A stretch of 64,000 nucleotides of DNA from Sulfolobales archaeon (GCA_038867615.1 JAWBYA010000003.1:205034-269033), one strand, 5' to 3'; shown: positions 30,177 to 40,434, counted from the first letter of the stretch. Notes: generated by a model not told the origin, from the sequence alone. Made by a program: numbers and translations.

Positions 30177-30710
30177 TTAAATCGTTTTCCGCTTGACTAT
30201 CCTGTTGTTAAGCACAACGCTATTAGGTATATAGATCGTCTCTCCATTCTCTGTTATCCCCACTGTATACATGAGGCTTATCTCGACAATTGTTAATGGC
30301 TCCCAACCTCCTATAACAACCTTTTCACCTATTCTGAAAGGCCTTGTTATAAGTATTGTAAGACCTGCAATGGCTTGGCCCAGAACCTGTTGAGTTGCTA
30401 ATCCAACCACGACGCCAAGAAAACCGCCTATAGCCAGCCCGGCCTGAGGGTTGGTTAGGATAGTTGCTGTTCCTGGTAACAGAACACCTATCCCCAGGAT
30501 CCTTATAGTACTCCTAATACTTGTGGCTGATATGCTGTCGGAGGCTACCAGGGCTACTCTGTAGGCGGCTCTTGATAGTAGTTCTACAATAGCATAGCCG
30601 CCTGCTATTATTATAGATGCGTCTACAAGGATTCCTATATCCGGCGGTAGGCTTGACGACAATGCCGTGATCAGGTTTCTAGATATATACCAGATGGCGA
30701 TCGAGATCAA
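30177..30710 (-). CDS. Small mechanosensitive channel (MscS family); true start may be further upstream
   Basis: VVGLATQQVLGQAIAG, RPFRIGE and IPNS motifs. Confidence 0.85.
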   Translation of the reverse strand: MISIAIWYISRNLITALSSSLPPDIGILVDASIIIAGGYAIVELLSRAAYRVALVASDSISATSIRSTIRILGIGVLLPGTATILTNPQAGLAIGGFLGVVVGLATQQVLGQAIAGLTILITRPFRIGEKVVIGGWEPLTIVEISLMYTVGITENGETIYIPNSVVLNNRIVKRKTI

Positions 30711-31259
30711 GATCGTGGCGATAATACCGACAACAAGCCTAGAAACACTCCTACCGCTAAAACAGCCACCGAGATAAATAATATAGGATAATTTTTAGGT
30801 TAGTTGTGATAAGATCCTTCTGATAGCGGATCATTATCGCTAGAATGTGGGAGAGGCCATCTAGTCACTATACCTGGCTATAATATCGACATTTGTAGTT
30901 ATACATATAGCGTGGAAGACGATCCTCAAACCTCTCTCTACCTATCGTTTAGGGATTCGTTCTTAAGGCGTTAGAAGTGTGGCGGTGATATTGAACATTA
31001 TACCGGGTCTTGTTAGGAGCAGGGGGCATAAGCAGGCCTATATTGCTAACAAGGTTCTCGTTTACTCAGAGTTCCTGACAGGCTTTGTTGGTATATATAT
31101 GGGTATTGTTAGGTTAGGGAGATGCCCTTGCCCTAGTCGTTATAAGGATCCTTTCAACTATATAGATCTCGCATGTGCTTAGCATATGTATTGCAGCAAG
31201 TCTATCAGATCAATGATTGGATCTAATTGCTGTGGCAAGACTTGGGGCTTATAAGTGAG

Positions 31260-31348
31260 TGCCGCGGCCGGGATTTGAACCCGGGTCACGGGCTCGAGAG
31301 GCCCGCATACTTTCGGCGCAGGGCTTGTCCGGGCTATACTACCGCGGC
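31260..31348 (-). tRNA. tRNA-Glu(CTC) with ~14-nt non-canonical D-loop intron (about 20b/21; 31312-31325)
   Basis: Acceptor stem GCCGCGG/CCGCGGC-A, anticodon arm CGGGC-CTCTCGA-GCCCG, extra AGCCCTGCGCCGAA in the D-loop. Confidence 0.92.
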
Positions 31349-31417
31349 TCCCACCTAGAATCAAGTAGTAGAAGCTTATAGGGTTTTCCAATTAAAAAAG
31401 ATCCATGGGGATGTGGG

Positions 31418-31960
31418 TTATTTGCTTATCACTCCCAGAGCTCCTACTATGGGTTGTGATATAAAGCCTATTGACTGACTTATCACTGTTGATGTTGCGA
31501 AAAACGCTCCGAAGAGCATTGCTGCGAGGGCTACATTGCCTCTTGATAGCTCCTGCGCTATCGATGGCGCCTCTACCTTTCCTGCAAGCCTTCTAACTAT
31601 GAAGCTATATATAGCATTCTGAGCCAGGGTTATGGCGAATATTGCTAGCGGGAGGCCTATGAAGAGCTGTACAAAGCCTCCAATTAGGGCTTCAAGCCAT
31701 CCAGCACCGCCTAGAAAGGCCCTTGCTATCCCAGCCGCGCCCTGGCCTATAACATTTGCAACAGCTATAAGGATCCCAGCTATATATACTCCAACAGCAG
31801 TGTTTCCTTTCCTCAGTTCTTCAAGCTCGTCCAGACCCTTAGTTAGCTTGTTGAGAATGTTGAGCGCCAGAGTTATGCTGAAAAGGGCTAGGCCAACGCC
31901 GACAGCTATCTGTACGATCGCTAGCAGTACGCTTACTATAGCATCGATCCACGCGGCCGT
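31418..31960 (-). CDS. DUF350 (UPF0719/YjfL-like) duplicated membrane protein; probable ACG start; absent from the ORF track
   Basis: The reading frame is open for 181 codons: (M)AAWIDAIVSVLLAIVQIAVG..ELRKGNTAVGVYIAG..ELSRGNVALAAMLFG..K*. GGGGAG lies 6 nt before ACG, and there is no in-frame ATG/GTG/TTG near the 5' end. Confidence 0.8.
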   Translation of the reverse strand, partial: TAAWIDAIVSVLLAIVQIAVGVGLALFSITLALNILNKLTKGLDELEELRKGNTAVGVYIAGILIAVANVIGQGAAGIARAFLGGAGWLEALIGGFVQLFIGLPLAIFAITLAQNAIYSFIVRRLAGKVEAPSIAQELSRGNVALAAMLFGAFFATSTVISQSIGFISQPIVGALGVISK

Positions 31961-32075
31961 AGTTGGCTCCCCAAATACTAGATAAACAGGTATTTTCCTT
32001 ATAGGCAGAGATCTGCTTAGTATTTTTCGAAGCTACAGGGCACAAAAGCTGTTGCCAGATATGGAAGCACGAGAT

Positions 32076-32969
32076 CTATTGCTGCTCAGGTTTTCTCAAT
32101 ATATAGTAATAGGTTATACCGCTCTTCGCCTTAGTGCCTATGATCCCCATACTGATCATTTTATTCAGCCTTCTATACAGAGTGGTTTTTGGTAAATTAG
32201 TGTGGCTCATTATATCTCTGGCTGAGGCTTCTCCCAACTTCTCGATAACCCTTAATATCTCCTTATCTGTTGAGTCTAGGTATTCAGGGCCTTCACCCTT
32301 ACGTCTTCTAATCAATATTAGCAGAGAGATAGCCAAACCAGCACCAACTATCACGCCTGCTAGTAATAAGGGTGATTCAAATACAGGTGCCGGGGTTGCG
32401 GGGGCTATGCTCTGAGTAGCTGTCGTTGTCTGTGTAACTCCTGCTGCAGGTGTCTCTACACTAGGTATGGCTCCGGTCGTTATTTGGGCTAATGTGTATT
32501 CAAGATCCCATCTAGACCCCTTTGCAAGCCCTATTATAACATATTCACCGAATATACTAAACGATGTGATGTTGGTTGGTACACTGATTAGCACAATGTT
32601 TCTATGAACTCTAATCGTTAGGTTATCAGCCCACTGTGGATATTTTATAGAAGTCCTTATGATTCCCTCTGAGACATTTATAGATCCTATATAGCTTATA
32701 TCGATTTTCGAGATACCCCGTGGCTTGAGGATCGCGATAGTGTTATTTGGGAGGGGCTGTATGACAACATCTACTGGTGCCACAGAGATAGATCCTGAGA
32801 TCGGTTGGATCGGTAGGTCTATGGATGTTATCGAATCGCTAGAAGGATCCATATATATTGTTAGGAAGACATCTATAGTTCCATCACCGCTGATCACTAT
32901 GAGAACTCTATTAGCCTCTTGGGAATAGACTATTAAGGTAAAGAAGGCTAAGAGCATTAATAGAGACAT
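32076..32969 (-). CDS. Membrane-anchored winged-HTH protein: signal peptide, extracellular beta domain, Thr/Pro linker, TM helix, cytoplasmic HTH
   Basis: TM LLLAGVIVGAGLAISLLILI followed by RRRK; C-terminal LDSTDKEIL..LPKTTLYRRLNKM..G. Confidence 0.8.
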   Translation of the reverse strand: MSLLMLLAFFTLIVYSQEANRVLIVISGDGTIDVFLTIYMDPSSDSITSIDLPIQPISGSISVAPVDVVIQPLPNNTIAILKPRGISKIDISYIGSINVSEGIIRTSIKYPQWADNLTIRVHRNIVLISVPTNITSFSIFGEYVIIGLAKGSRWDLEYTLAQITTGAIPSVETPAAGVTQTTTATQSIAPATPAPVFESPLLLAGVIVGAGLAISLLILIRRRKGEGPEYLDSTDKEILRVIEKLGEASARDIMSHTNLPKTTLYRRLNKMISMGIIGTKAKSGITYYYILRKPEQQ

Positions 32970-33055
32970 AGCTACCAGCAGGATCCTTTTCAGGTAGTAG
33001 CTGAACGCGGCTCACCGCTATTTAGTGACGATAGGCGGGTAAAAACTTGCTTCTC

Positions 33056-34762
33056 CTACCTTCCTCTCCTTCCACTCTCTTCAAGGATCTTTGATAGATT
33101 CTCTATAGCCCTCTCAATCGCATCTATGAGATGCTTGGCCTTCTCGATAGCTGCCTGGGCCTCACTATATCTTCCAGCATCTATAAGCATTGTTATATTT
33201 GCGATGGTGCTGTTAAGCTCGCCGAACATCCTCTGGATCATATCTATCTGAGCCCTGATCCTCTGATCCGTGGTGTTAGAGGCTCTCCTAACCAGCTCTT
33301 CAAACTTGTTTCTAAGCTCGGACGCTTTCGTCGATATCTCGCTTAGCTCTTCCCTCAGCTTGTTTGGACCTTCTCCGGGTCTTTCTGCTAGTTTTTTGAG
33401 CAGCCCTATGTTTCTCTCTATATTCTCTATCATCGCCCTTATCCTATTCATCATCGCTCTAGCATCGCCAGCTTTTTCCTCCTTTATCAGTTCTGTCACG
33501 TTTATTATCAGTTGATGCACCTGCTCAATATCCCTCTTGATCCTTTCTATAAGCTCCCTCACACTCTGATTCTGGGTCTTTATCGATGTAACCGTGAGGT
33601 TATACTCTCTCTCAAGCCTGGCAAGTCTCTCGGCAAGCTCTTCTAGCTCCTCCATCAGTTCTCCCATCTCTTCTGGCTTCTTAGCGGTTGTTTTAACAGT
33701 CCTCTCGAATAGTTCTTCAGCATCTCTGAAGATCTTGTAAGCCTCTCTGAACATCTTCTCAGCATAGCCTAGATCTCCTCTAGATAAGGCGTTTTTAGCC
33801 TCGTCGATTTTTCTGAGGGTTTCGTTGAGAAGATCCTTGATCTTTGTAAGGGTTTCGTTTGGTACCTTTACAGTGTTTAGGGTTAGGTTAAATATCCTTA
33901 CCCGGTTCTCAAGCTCTCTGATTACCATTTCTAGCTTCCCAGCACTTGGGAGATCCTTTCTACTCTCTAATACAGACTTGGCCTCTCTCACATTGAGAAT
34001 AGCACGTTCTATCGCCTGAATAGCACTGGGGCTTGCGTTAACACTTACCAGGAGATCCTTAACCCTGCTTAGAACCTCCTCTGCTATGGATAGCATTTTC
34101 AACCCTTCAGACTCATTACCAGGTACTAGTGTTCCTTCCGTGGCAGATGTTCTTACAATAGTAACCATCATCTGGATCTTTACGGATGCCTCTTTACCAC
34201 GTATCTTTACCTCCCACTCCTCAAGATCCCTCATAGATACGCTCCCAGACTTCACCTTAACCTCGATCTCTTTAGCAACAGTTGTTAGGTTAAGAGCCAT
34301 AGAGAGGTTCAAAGCCCTCTGGGCTGCCATTAGGATTGCCCTTTCATACGCACCCTTAGCCTCCGGCCTCAACTCGATCCCAACCCTAGCTGCTAGGTCT
34401 CTCAACGTGTCAACGAGATCGCTGTATAGCTTTTTACAGCTATCGCTATCCATAGAGACTACCTTCTCGCCTGATAAGTTATATATAATCCTGGCTCTCT
34501 CAATAAGCCCCTTATCAAGACTAATGTTTCTCTGGTATGCTACGGCGAGAAGCCTATCTATAGACATGTTTGCTAGGAGTATCGCACTAACATAACCCCC
34601 AGGGCACTTACTCCCAGCACTAGCTGCAGGAGCTGTTACCGTGGGCGTTACAGTTGCCTGGGCATAGAGTTGCTTAACCACAACGAGTGGTGAGACTATT
34701 ATCAGCACTAAAAGCATGATTCCCGCGGCTCTTTTCATGGGATCCATGGTCGTTCTGATCAT
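33056..34762 (-). CDS. Secreted long alpha-helical / coiled-coil repeat protein; start uncertain (34774, 34762 or 34747)
   Basis: Signal peptide MKRAAGIMLLVLIIVSPLVV, many N-x-S/T sequons and repeated helical units ending in ..GD/GR.y.eA. Confidence 0.75.
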   Translation of the reverse strand: MIRTTMDPMKRAAGIMLLVLIIVSPLVVVKQLYAQATVTPTVTAPAASAGSKCPGGYVSAILLANMSIDRLLAVAYQRNISLDKGLIERARIIYNLSGEKVVSMDSDSCKKLYSDLVDTLRDLAARVGIELRPEAKGAYERAILMAAQRALNLSMALNLTTVAKEIEVKVKSGSVSMRDLEEWEVKIRGKEASVKIQMMVTIVRTSATEGTLVPGNESEGLKMLSIAEEVLSRVKDLLVSVNASPSAIQAIERAILNVREAKSVLESRKDLPSAGKLEMVIRELENRVRIFNLTLNTVKVPNETLTKIKDLLNETLRKIDEAKNALSRGDLGYAEKMFREAYKIFRDAEELFERTVKTTAKKPEEMGELMEELEELAERLARLEREYNLTVTSIKTQNQSVRELIERIKRDIEQVHQLIINVTELIKEEKAGDARAMMNRIRAMIENIERNIGLLKKLAERPGEGPNKLREELSEISTKASELRNKFEELVRRASNTTDQRIRAQIDMIQRMFGELNSTIANITMLIDAGRYSEAQAAIEKAKHLIDAIERAIENLSKILEESGRRGR

Positions 34763-34943
34763 TTTTCCCACCATACTCCCTACTAATACTCGGTAGAGAG
34801 AGTTGATAAAGGTCACGTAGTTCCCCACGGGAATAGGCTCGGGACAATGTTCTTCCAAATCCCACATTCGATGAACCTCATATCCGTACCCTGCAAGCCC
34901 TACCGCGATCTAGAGTTGGCAGAGTTGTTGGTATTGGTTGTTG

Positions 34944-37361
34944 TCAGCCTGAGAATCTCTTTAGCGTCTGTGCCGATGCTGTTACCGAGATGCTGCTCAT
35001 AGCCATAGCGATCCCTGCTAGCTCTGGCCTTAAATACAGACCTGCCGTCTCGTATAGAGCGCCTGCCGCTATTGGTATTAGTATTACATTGTATATGAAT
35101 GCCCAGAACAGGTTATAATAGATCTTCCTCCTTATGGCTTTTAGAAGCTCTATGGCTCTTACAACGCCTCTTAGATCCTCTTTGACTAGGATTATATCGC
35201 CAGCCTCTCTAGCTATGTCTGTTCCACCCCCCATCGCTATCCCAAGATCGGCTTTGCTGAGGGATGCTGCATCGTTTATACCGTCACCAACCATAGCCAC
35301 GCCCCCAGAGCTCTTCAGCCTATCTATAGCTTCAGCCTTATCCTCTGGAGAAGCTTCTGCTATAACATCATCCACGCCTATCCTCGATGCTATGATCCTG
35401 GCTGAGCGCTCCTTATCGCCTGTGAGCATGATAACTCTATAACCACTCGATCTGAGGCGTCTAACAACCTCAACGGCTTCTGGTCTTACAGCATCACCGA
35501 CACCTATTATACCTATAAGCCTTCCCTCGATAGCCACATAGACTACGGTAAGACCTTCATTCATAATCTCCTCAGAGATTCTTTTAACATCACCCTCGAT
35601 CTCTATTTCAAAGCCGCGCATCAGCTTATCATTCCCAACAGCAATAACCCTCCCCCCGATCCAGGCTATGACGCCCTGTCCAGGTATATTCTCAAAAGCC
35701 TCTGGATCTTTTATTGTTAACCCCATATCTTTGGCCTTCTCAACTATGGCTTGTGCTATTGGATGCTCGCTCCTCTTCTCCGCTATTGCTGCTAGCATGA
35801 TCACATCTCTCTCATCTACCTCCTCACTGAGGGTTTTTACGATCCTAACGCCCGGCTTCCCTACAGTTAGGGTTCCTGTCTTATCAAACACCACAGTCTT
35901 TATTCTATGCACTCTATCTATGACACTAGCGTCTTTTATCAACACACCTAGCTCGGCTCCTCTACCAAAGCCTGTAACAATAGCAGCTGGGGTTGCTAGG
36001 CCTAGGGCGCATGGACATGCTATAACTAGCACCGATGCTACAAAAATGATCGCTGTGCTGAGGGGTACACCGGCCAGCAGCGTCCAGTATGCTAGTGTTG
36101 ATATGGCTATCGCTATCACAATCCAGGTGAAGATCCCCGCTACTCGGTCAACAGTCCCTTGGATCTTTGGTCTAGAATTCTGAGCGATCCTCACAAGCCT
36201 TATGATCTGCCCGAGAACCGTGTCCTTCCCAACCCTGGTTGTATAGACCAGCAACGAGCCCCTCAATACTGTGGTTCCTGCATAGACAGGATCTCCTGGG
36301 GATTTTTCAACAGGATTGGGCTCGCCGGTCATTGCTGATTCGTCGACATATCCACTACCCTCTTTAACGATACCATCAACAGGGATTCTCTCGCCCGGCT
36401 TTATGCGGACTAGATCGCCTATCCTAACATCCTCTATAGGGATCTCAGCCTCAACCCCACCTCTCACAACCCTGGCACTCCTACTCTGGAGCTGTGCTAA
36501 CTTCTTAACAGCCTCTCCTGTTCTCAGCTTGAGCCTTGCCTCGATATATCTTCCCAAGAGTATGAATGCCATTACAACTGCTGAGGCCTCGTAGAAGGCC
36601 TCGCCCTTAACAAGCCCTAGTGTGACTGCAAGGGAGAATATATAGGCTGAATAGGTGCCCAAGATTACCAGGGAATCCATTCCAGGGTTCAGGTTTAGGA
36701 AGGATCTAATAGCTGTTCTCAAGAACCTCATAGATCCTATGAAGAGCACTATGGTTGATAAAGGTATTCCAACTAAGAGATCTCTCAGTAAGGGGGATCC
36801 CCATAGCGGTACTGGGTAGCCCATGTAGCCGAGCATATAATATATAGCTAGTAAGATCGATGCTGGAAGCGATATGAGTGTATATAGCCTGAGCTTCTTG
36901 AGATCCTCAATAGCTACTTTAGAACCTATATCCTCAACCTCTGCTTCAGCCTTAAAACTCTCAACACTATATCCCAGAGATCCGAGGGCTTCTGCTAGTG
37001 ATTGTTGCTTGATGACGAGAGGATTATAGAGAATCCTAACACTCTTGTCAATATGGCTGGCATGAACCTCTATAACGCCTTCGAGGTTCCTAAGCCTTTC
37101 GACAATGATCTTCTCATCATCATAGCTATTAAGATTCTTGACTATAGCGATGGCCTCCTCTTTATATACATCATAGCCAGCCTTTCTGATAGCATTTACG
37201 ATATCTCTAGGCGTCACCTTCGATGGGTCGTACTTGATCCTGGCCTCTTCTGATGCGAGGCTTACAAGAGCCTCTATACCAAGCTTTGAGAGGCTCTTCT
37301 GGATAGTTATGGCACATGTTGCACAATGCATGCCAATGATCCTATATACCTCTTCCCTCAA
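34944..37361 (-). CDS. copA: Copper-translocating P1B-type ATPase
   Basis: GMHCATC, TGE, CPC, DKTGT, SEHP, GDGIND, YN and MAMSS motifs. Confidence 0.95.
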   Translation of the reverse strand: MREEVYRIIGMHCATCAITIQKSLSKLGIEALVSLASEEARIKYDPSKVTPRDIVNAIRKAGYDVYKEEAIAIVKNLNSYDDEKIIVERLRNLEGVIEVHASHIDKSVRILYNPLVIKQQSLAEALGSLGYSVESFKAEAEVEDIGSKVAIEDLKKLRLYTLISLPASILLAIYYMLGYMGYPVPLWGSPLLRDLLVGIPLSTIVLFIGSMRFLRTAIRSFLNLNPGMDSLVILGTYSAYIFSLAVTLGLVKGEAFYEASAVVMAFILLGRYIEARLKLRTGEAVKKLAQLQSRSARVVRGGVEAEIPIEDVRIGDLVRIKPGERIPVDGIVKEGSGYVDESAMTGEPNPVEKSPGDPVYAGTTVLRGSLLVYTTRVGKDTVLGQIIRLVRIAQNSRPKIQGTVDRVAGIFTWIVIAIAISTLAYWTLLAGVPLSTAIIFVASVLVIACPCALGLATPAAIVTGFGRGAELGVLIKDASVIDRVHRIKTVVFDKTGTLTVGKPGVRIVKTLSEEVDERDVIMLAAIAEKRSEHPIAQAIVEKAKDMGLTIKDPEAFENIPGQGVIAWIGGRVIAVGNDKLMRGFEIEIEGDVKRISEEIMNEGLTVVYVAIEGRLIGIIGVGDAVRPEAVEVVRRLRSSGYRVIMLTGDKERSARIIASRIGVDDVIAEASPEDKAEAIDRLKSSGGVAMVGDGINDAASLSKADLGIAMGGGTDIAREAGDIILVKEDLRGVVRAIELLKAIRRKIYYNLFWAFIYNVILIPIAAGALYETAGLYLRPELAGIAMAMSSISVTASAQTLKRFSG

Positions 37362-37377
37362 TTAGTCAGTCCCTCGT

Positions 37378-37563
37378 TTACGTGTGGTGATGCTCTCCGC
37401 TCGGCATTCCCTTGGGACCGTGTTTCAGATAATACTCAGGATCCCGTTCGAATTCCTTCTTACACATGCCTGAACAGAAGTAATAGATCTTACCCTTATA
37501 CACTGTTTTATGAACAGCCTTAGCTGGATCTACTTCCATGCCACAAACAGGATCTATGGCCAT
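37378..37563 (-). CDS. YHS/TRASH domain metallochaperone (CopM-like)
   Basis: DPVCGMEV..YYFCS..C..F...PEYY with a His tail, directly upstream of copA. Confidence 0.9.
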   Translation of the reverse strand: MAIDPVCGMEVDPAKAVHKTVYKGKIYYFCSGMCKKEFERDPEYYLKHGPKGMPSGEHHHT

Positions 37564-37751
37564 ACTATACCCCACCGTAATATTGCTGCTAGAAGTAATT
37601 TAAGTATCCAACAATGGGATCTTTTTCTCTATTGAAAATAGTAGTAAATCACCACAGCGACGGCTATATGATAGCTTAAACAGTTGCAAAACTCTCTATA
37701 GCGTGGATGAATATTAGCCTTTTTGCATATATGCATTCTAGGAGTTGGTCT

Positions 37752-37946
37752 ATGCCCACACACGGATCGATGACCAAAGCTGGGAAGGTGAGGAACGCAA
37801 CACCCAAGATACCGCCTAAACCTAAGAGGAACCTCGTACCCAGGGTTAGAAATAGGAGGGAGTTCTGGATCAGGAATAGAAAGGCTGCAGGGCTTCCTGT
37901 CCCAACAGTTGTTCCACCATCCTCAGTTCCTAGGAAGAAGCAGTAA
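37752..37946 (+). CDS. rps30e: 30S ribosomal protein S30e
   Basis: [27 protein letters not shown]. Confidence 0.95.
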   Translation: MPTHGSMTKAGKVRNATPKIPPKPKRNLVPRVRNRREFWIRNRKAAGLPVPTVVPPSSVPRKKQ

Positions 37947-38023
37947 GATGAGTAACTAGTCTCGCTACTCCTCTCGATATATATGTTCTATCTTGGTTTT
38001 AACAGTGCTATGGAGAAGATCAT

Positions 38024-38770
38024 ATGGCGAGGTTTGTCTCGTTATATACAGGGGGTAAGGATAGCCACACAGCAACCCTTATAGCTATGAGAGAGTTTAA
38101 AGCAGATCCAGCGCTCCTACTAATTATAGTAACGCCTAAGGAGGATTCCTACCTGCTACATACGGTGAACGTCAAGTGGGCACATATCCATGGTCACGTA
38201 ATGGGTATACCAACCAAGCTCGTCGAGATCAATGGATCCGATGAGGAGGGCGAGGTGTTGAGAGAGTTGGAGAAAGCCGTGGAGCAGACGAATGCAGATA
38301 TGATCGTTACTGGAGGGATAGCCAGTATGTATCAGAAGAGGAGGTTCGATTCTATGGCTAGGGATCTCGGGGTGGAGCATGTGTCACCCCTATGGGGCAT
38401 GGATCAAGAGAGGGTTTTGAAGCTAGAGGTGCTTGAGTATGGTGTTAGCTTCATGATAGTAGCTGCTATGGCTATGGGGTTTACAGAGGAATGGGTGGGT
38501 AGGGTTATAGATGATAAAGATGATGTGGAGCAGCTCTTAAAGCTCTCAAGGAAATATATGTTCTCGCCAGTCGGTGAAGGGGGAGAGTATGAGAGCTACG
38601 TGGTATACTCACCCCTATTTAAATGCACAAGACTAATCCCTGTAGGTAGGAGAGTATGGTTCCCAAGTGGTTGGGGTCTTTATGTTATACAGAGTGTAGA
38701 GAAAAATACCATCAGTACTGAATGCGGAGGATCTATCAACATTTATCATAATGATCCTAGGCATAAGTGA
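38024..38770 (+). CDS. Diphthine--ammonia ligase (Dph6 / PP-loop family)
   Basis: TGGKDS, SYLLH, PLWG and GEGGEYES motifs. Confidence 0.87.
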   Translation: MARFVSLYTGGKDSHTATLIAMREFKADPALLLIIVTPKEDSYLLHTVNVKWAHIHGHVMGIPTKLVEINGSDEEGEVLRELEKAVEQTNADMIVTGGIASMYQKRRFDSMARDLGVEHVSPLWGMDQERVLKLEVLEYGVSFMIVAAMAMGFTEEWVGRVIDDKDDVEQLLKLSRKYMFSPVGEGGEYESYVVYSPLFKCTRLIPVGRRVWFPSGWGLYVIQSVEKNTISTECGGSINIYHNDPRHK

Positions 38771-39101
38771 CAGAGCAGCTATGCCGAATATCCAAACGCG
38801 ATATAATGGCTAGAACTTATCATTATTACGTATAATGCATTGTAGTCAGACAATCCATCCCGAGCATGGCGAAAGTCTACACAGATCTCTGCTCGTTACT
38901 ACGGAGCTTTAGCAACAACTTTACGCTGGGAATCGGATCCTCAAAACCTGATCATGAATCATAGGCTTGTCAGAACTTTATGGGTCTTGTAGCTAAGCGT
39001 TATATCATGCAGCCTCTGACAGCCATATTTTATATGGAGCGGTTTCTCATAATGTGTAAAAGCTAGGAAGCATTTAACAATAACTATATTCCAATGGGAA
39101 G

Positions 39102-40334
39102 TTAACCCGAGGTCTTTATATAATCATCTATCGCTTTAATAAGAGCCTCTATATCATTTTCACAGTTATATAGATAGAAGCTCGCCCTCACACTACCATC
39201 GCTATAGCCCAGACCGTCGTGGAGTGCGTGTGCACAGTGGAGTCCTGTTCTAACCGCTATTCTTCTCTTATCGAGCCACATACCAATAGCCTCAGGACTT
39301 GAGCCCTTTATCGTGAAGGTCACTATACCGACCCTCTTATCGGGATCCATAGGGCCTACTACTTTCACCCGATCGCCTAGCTCTCCCAAAGATCTCAGTG
39401 CTATTCTGGTGAGAATCCTTTCATGCTCATAGATCCTATCGATACCTATTCTCTCAAGATATCTAACAGCCTCTGAAAGACCGACAGCCTCTATTATAGG
39501 TGGTGTTCCAGCCTCGAACTTCCATGGAGGCTCCTCCCAGATGATATCGAGATCCTCGCCAACGAGCTTCACCCTTCTCACGGTACCCCCACCGCCTAAT
39601 GGGGGTTCTAACCTCTCAAGCAGATCGATCCTACCCCACAGCACACCTATACCCGTTGGCCCTAGCATCTTGTGGCCGCTGAATGCTATGAAATCGGCTC
39701 CGAGGTTCTTTACATCGATCTTCATGTGGGGGACTGACTGGGCTCCATCAACTATCACGATGGCATTATGTTCGTGGGCTATCTTTGCTATTTGTTTTAC
39801 ATCGCTTGTATAGCCTGTTACATTGGATTTATGGGAGAAGGCGACGATCCTCGTTCTTTTGCTGATCATGCTTGGTAGCAGATCCCATGCTGGTAACCCC
39901 TCAGCCGTGATTGGAATGATTCTAAGCCTAGCGCCAACAAATCTAGCTATTCTGGCTAGGGGTATGATGAGGCTATGATGATCAGCCTGGGTAACTATTA
40001 TCTCATCCCCCTTCTGGATATATCCGTTGAACATCAGGGTTAGTGCGGCTAGCTGTATAGCCTCGGAAGTGTTCCTGGCAAAGATGATCTCATCCCACCT
40101 ACCACCTATAAATCTGGCCACATCTTCGTGGGAATCCTCATACGCTTTAGAGGCCTCGATACTGAGACCATAGACGCCTCTGTGCACGTTTGAATAGCTA
40201 TACATAGCAAACCTAGCCATAGCCTCTATAACCTGTCTTGGTTTGAGTGTACTTGCTGCGCTGTCAAGATAGACAACACCTCTGTCAATAATTTCTGGGA
40301 AATCCTCTCTAGGGGCTAGGCACAATATTATCAA
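39102..40334 (-). CDS. sufS: Cysteine desulfurase (SufS group, PLP-dependent)
   Basis: YLDSAAST, NVHRG, DGAQSVPH, FSGHKM, EAGTP and RTGLHCA motifs. Confidence 0.9.
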   Translation of the reverse strand: MIILCLAPREDFPEIIDRGVVYLDSAASTLKPRQVIEAMARFAMYSYSNVHRGVYGLSIEASKAYEDSHEDVARFIGGRWDEIIFARNTSEAIQLAALTLMFNGYIQKGDEIIVTQADHHSLIIPLARIARFVGARLRIIPITAEGLPAWDLLPSMISKRTRIVAFSHKSNVTGYTSDVKQIAKIAHEHNAIVIVDGAQSVPHMKIDVKNLGADFIAFSGHKMLGPTGIGVLWGRIDLLERLEPPLGGGGTVRRVKLVGEDLDIIWEEPPWKFEAGTPPIIEAVGLSEAVRYLERIGIDRIYEHERILTRIALRSLGELGDRVKVVGPMDPDKRVGIVTFTIKGSSPEAIGMWLDKRRIAVRTGLHCAHALHDGLGYSDGSVRASFYLYNCENDIEALIKAIDDYIKTSG

Positions 40335-40434
40335 CCGATCAATATAGATTTACGAAGCTCTTAAGGATGGGAGAAAGACCAAAGATCCCAGCTCATTGAG
40401 AATATGTGAAGAAATGAAGAAACGGTTTGTCTCT

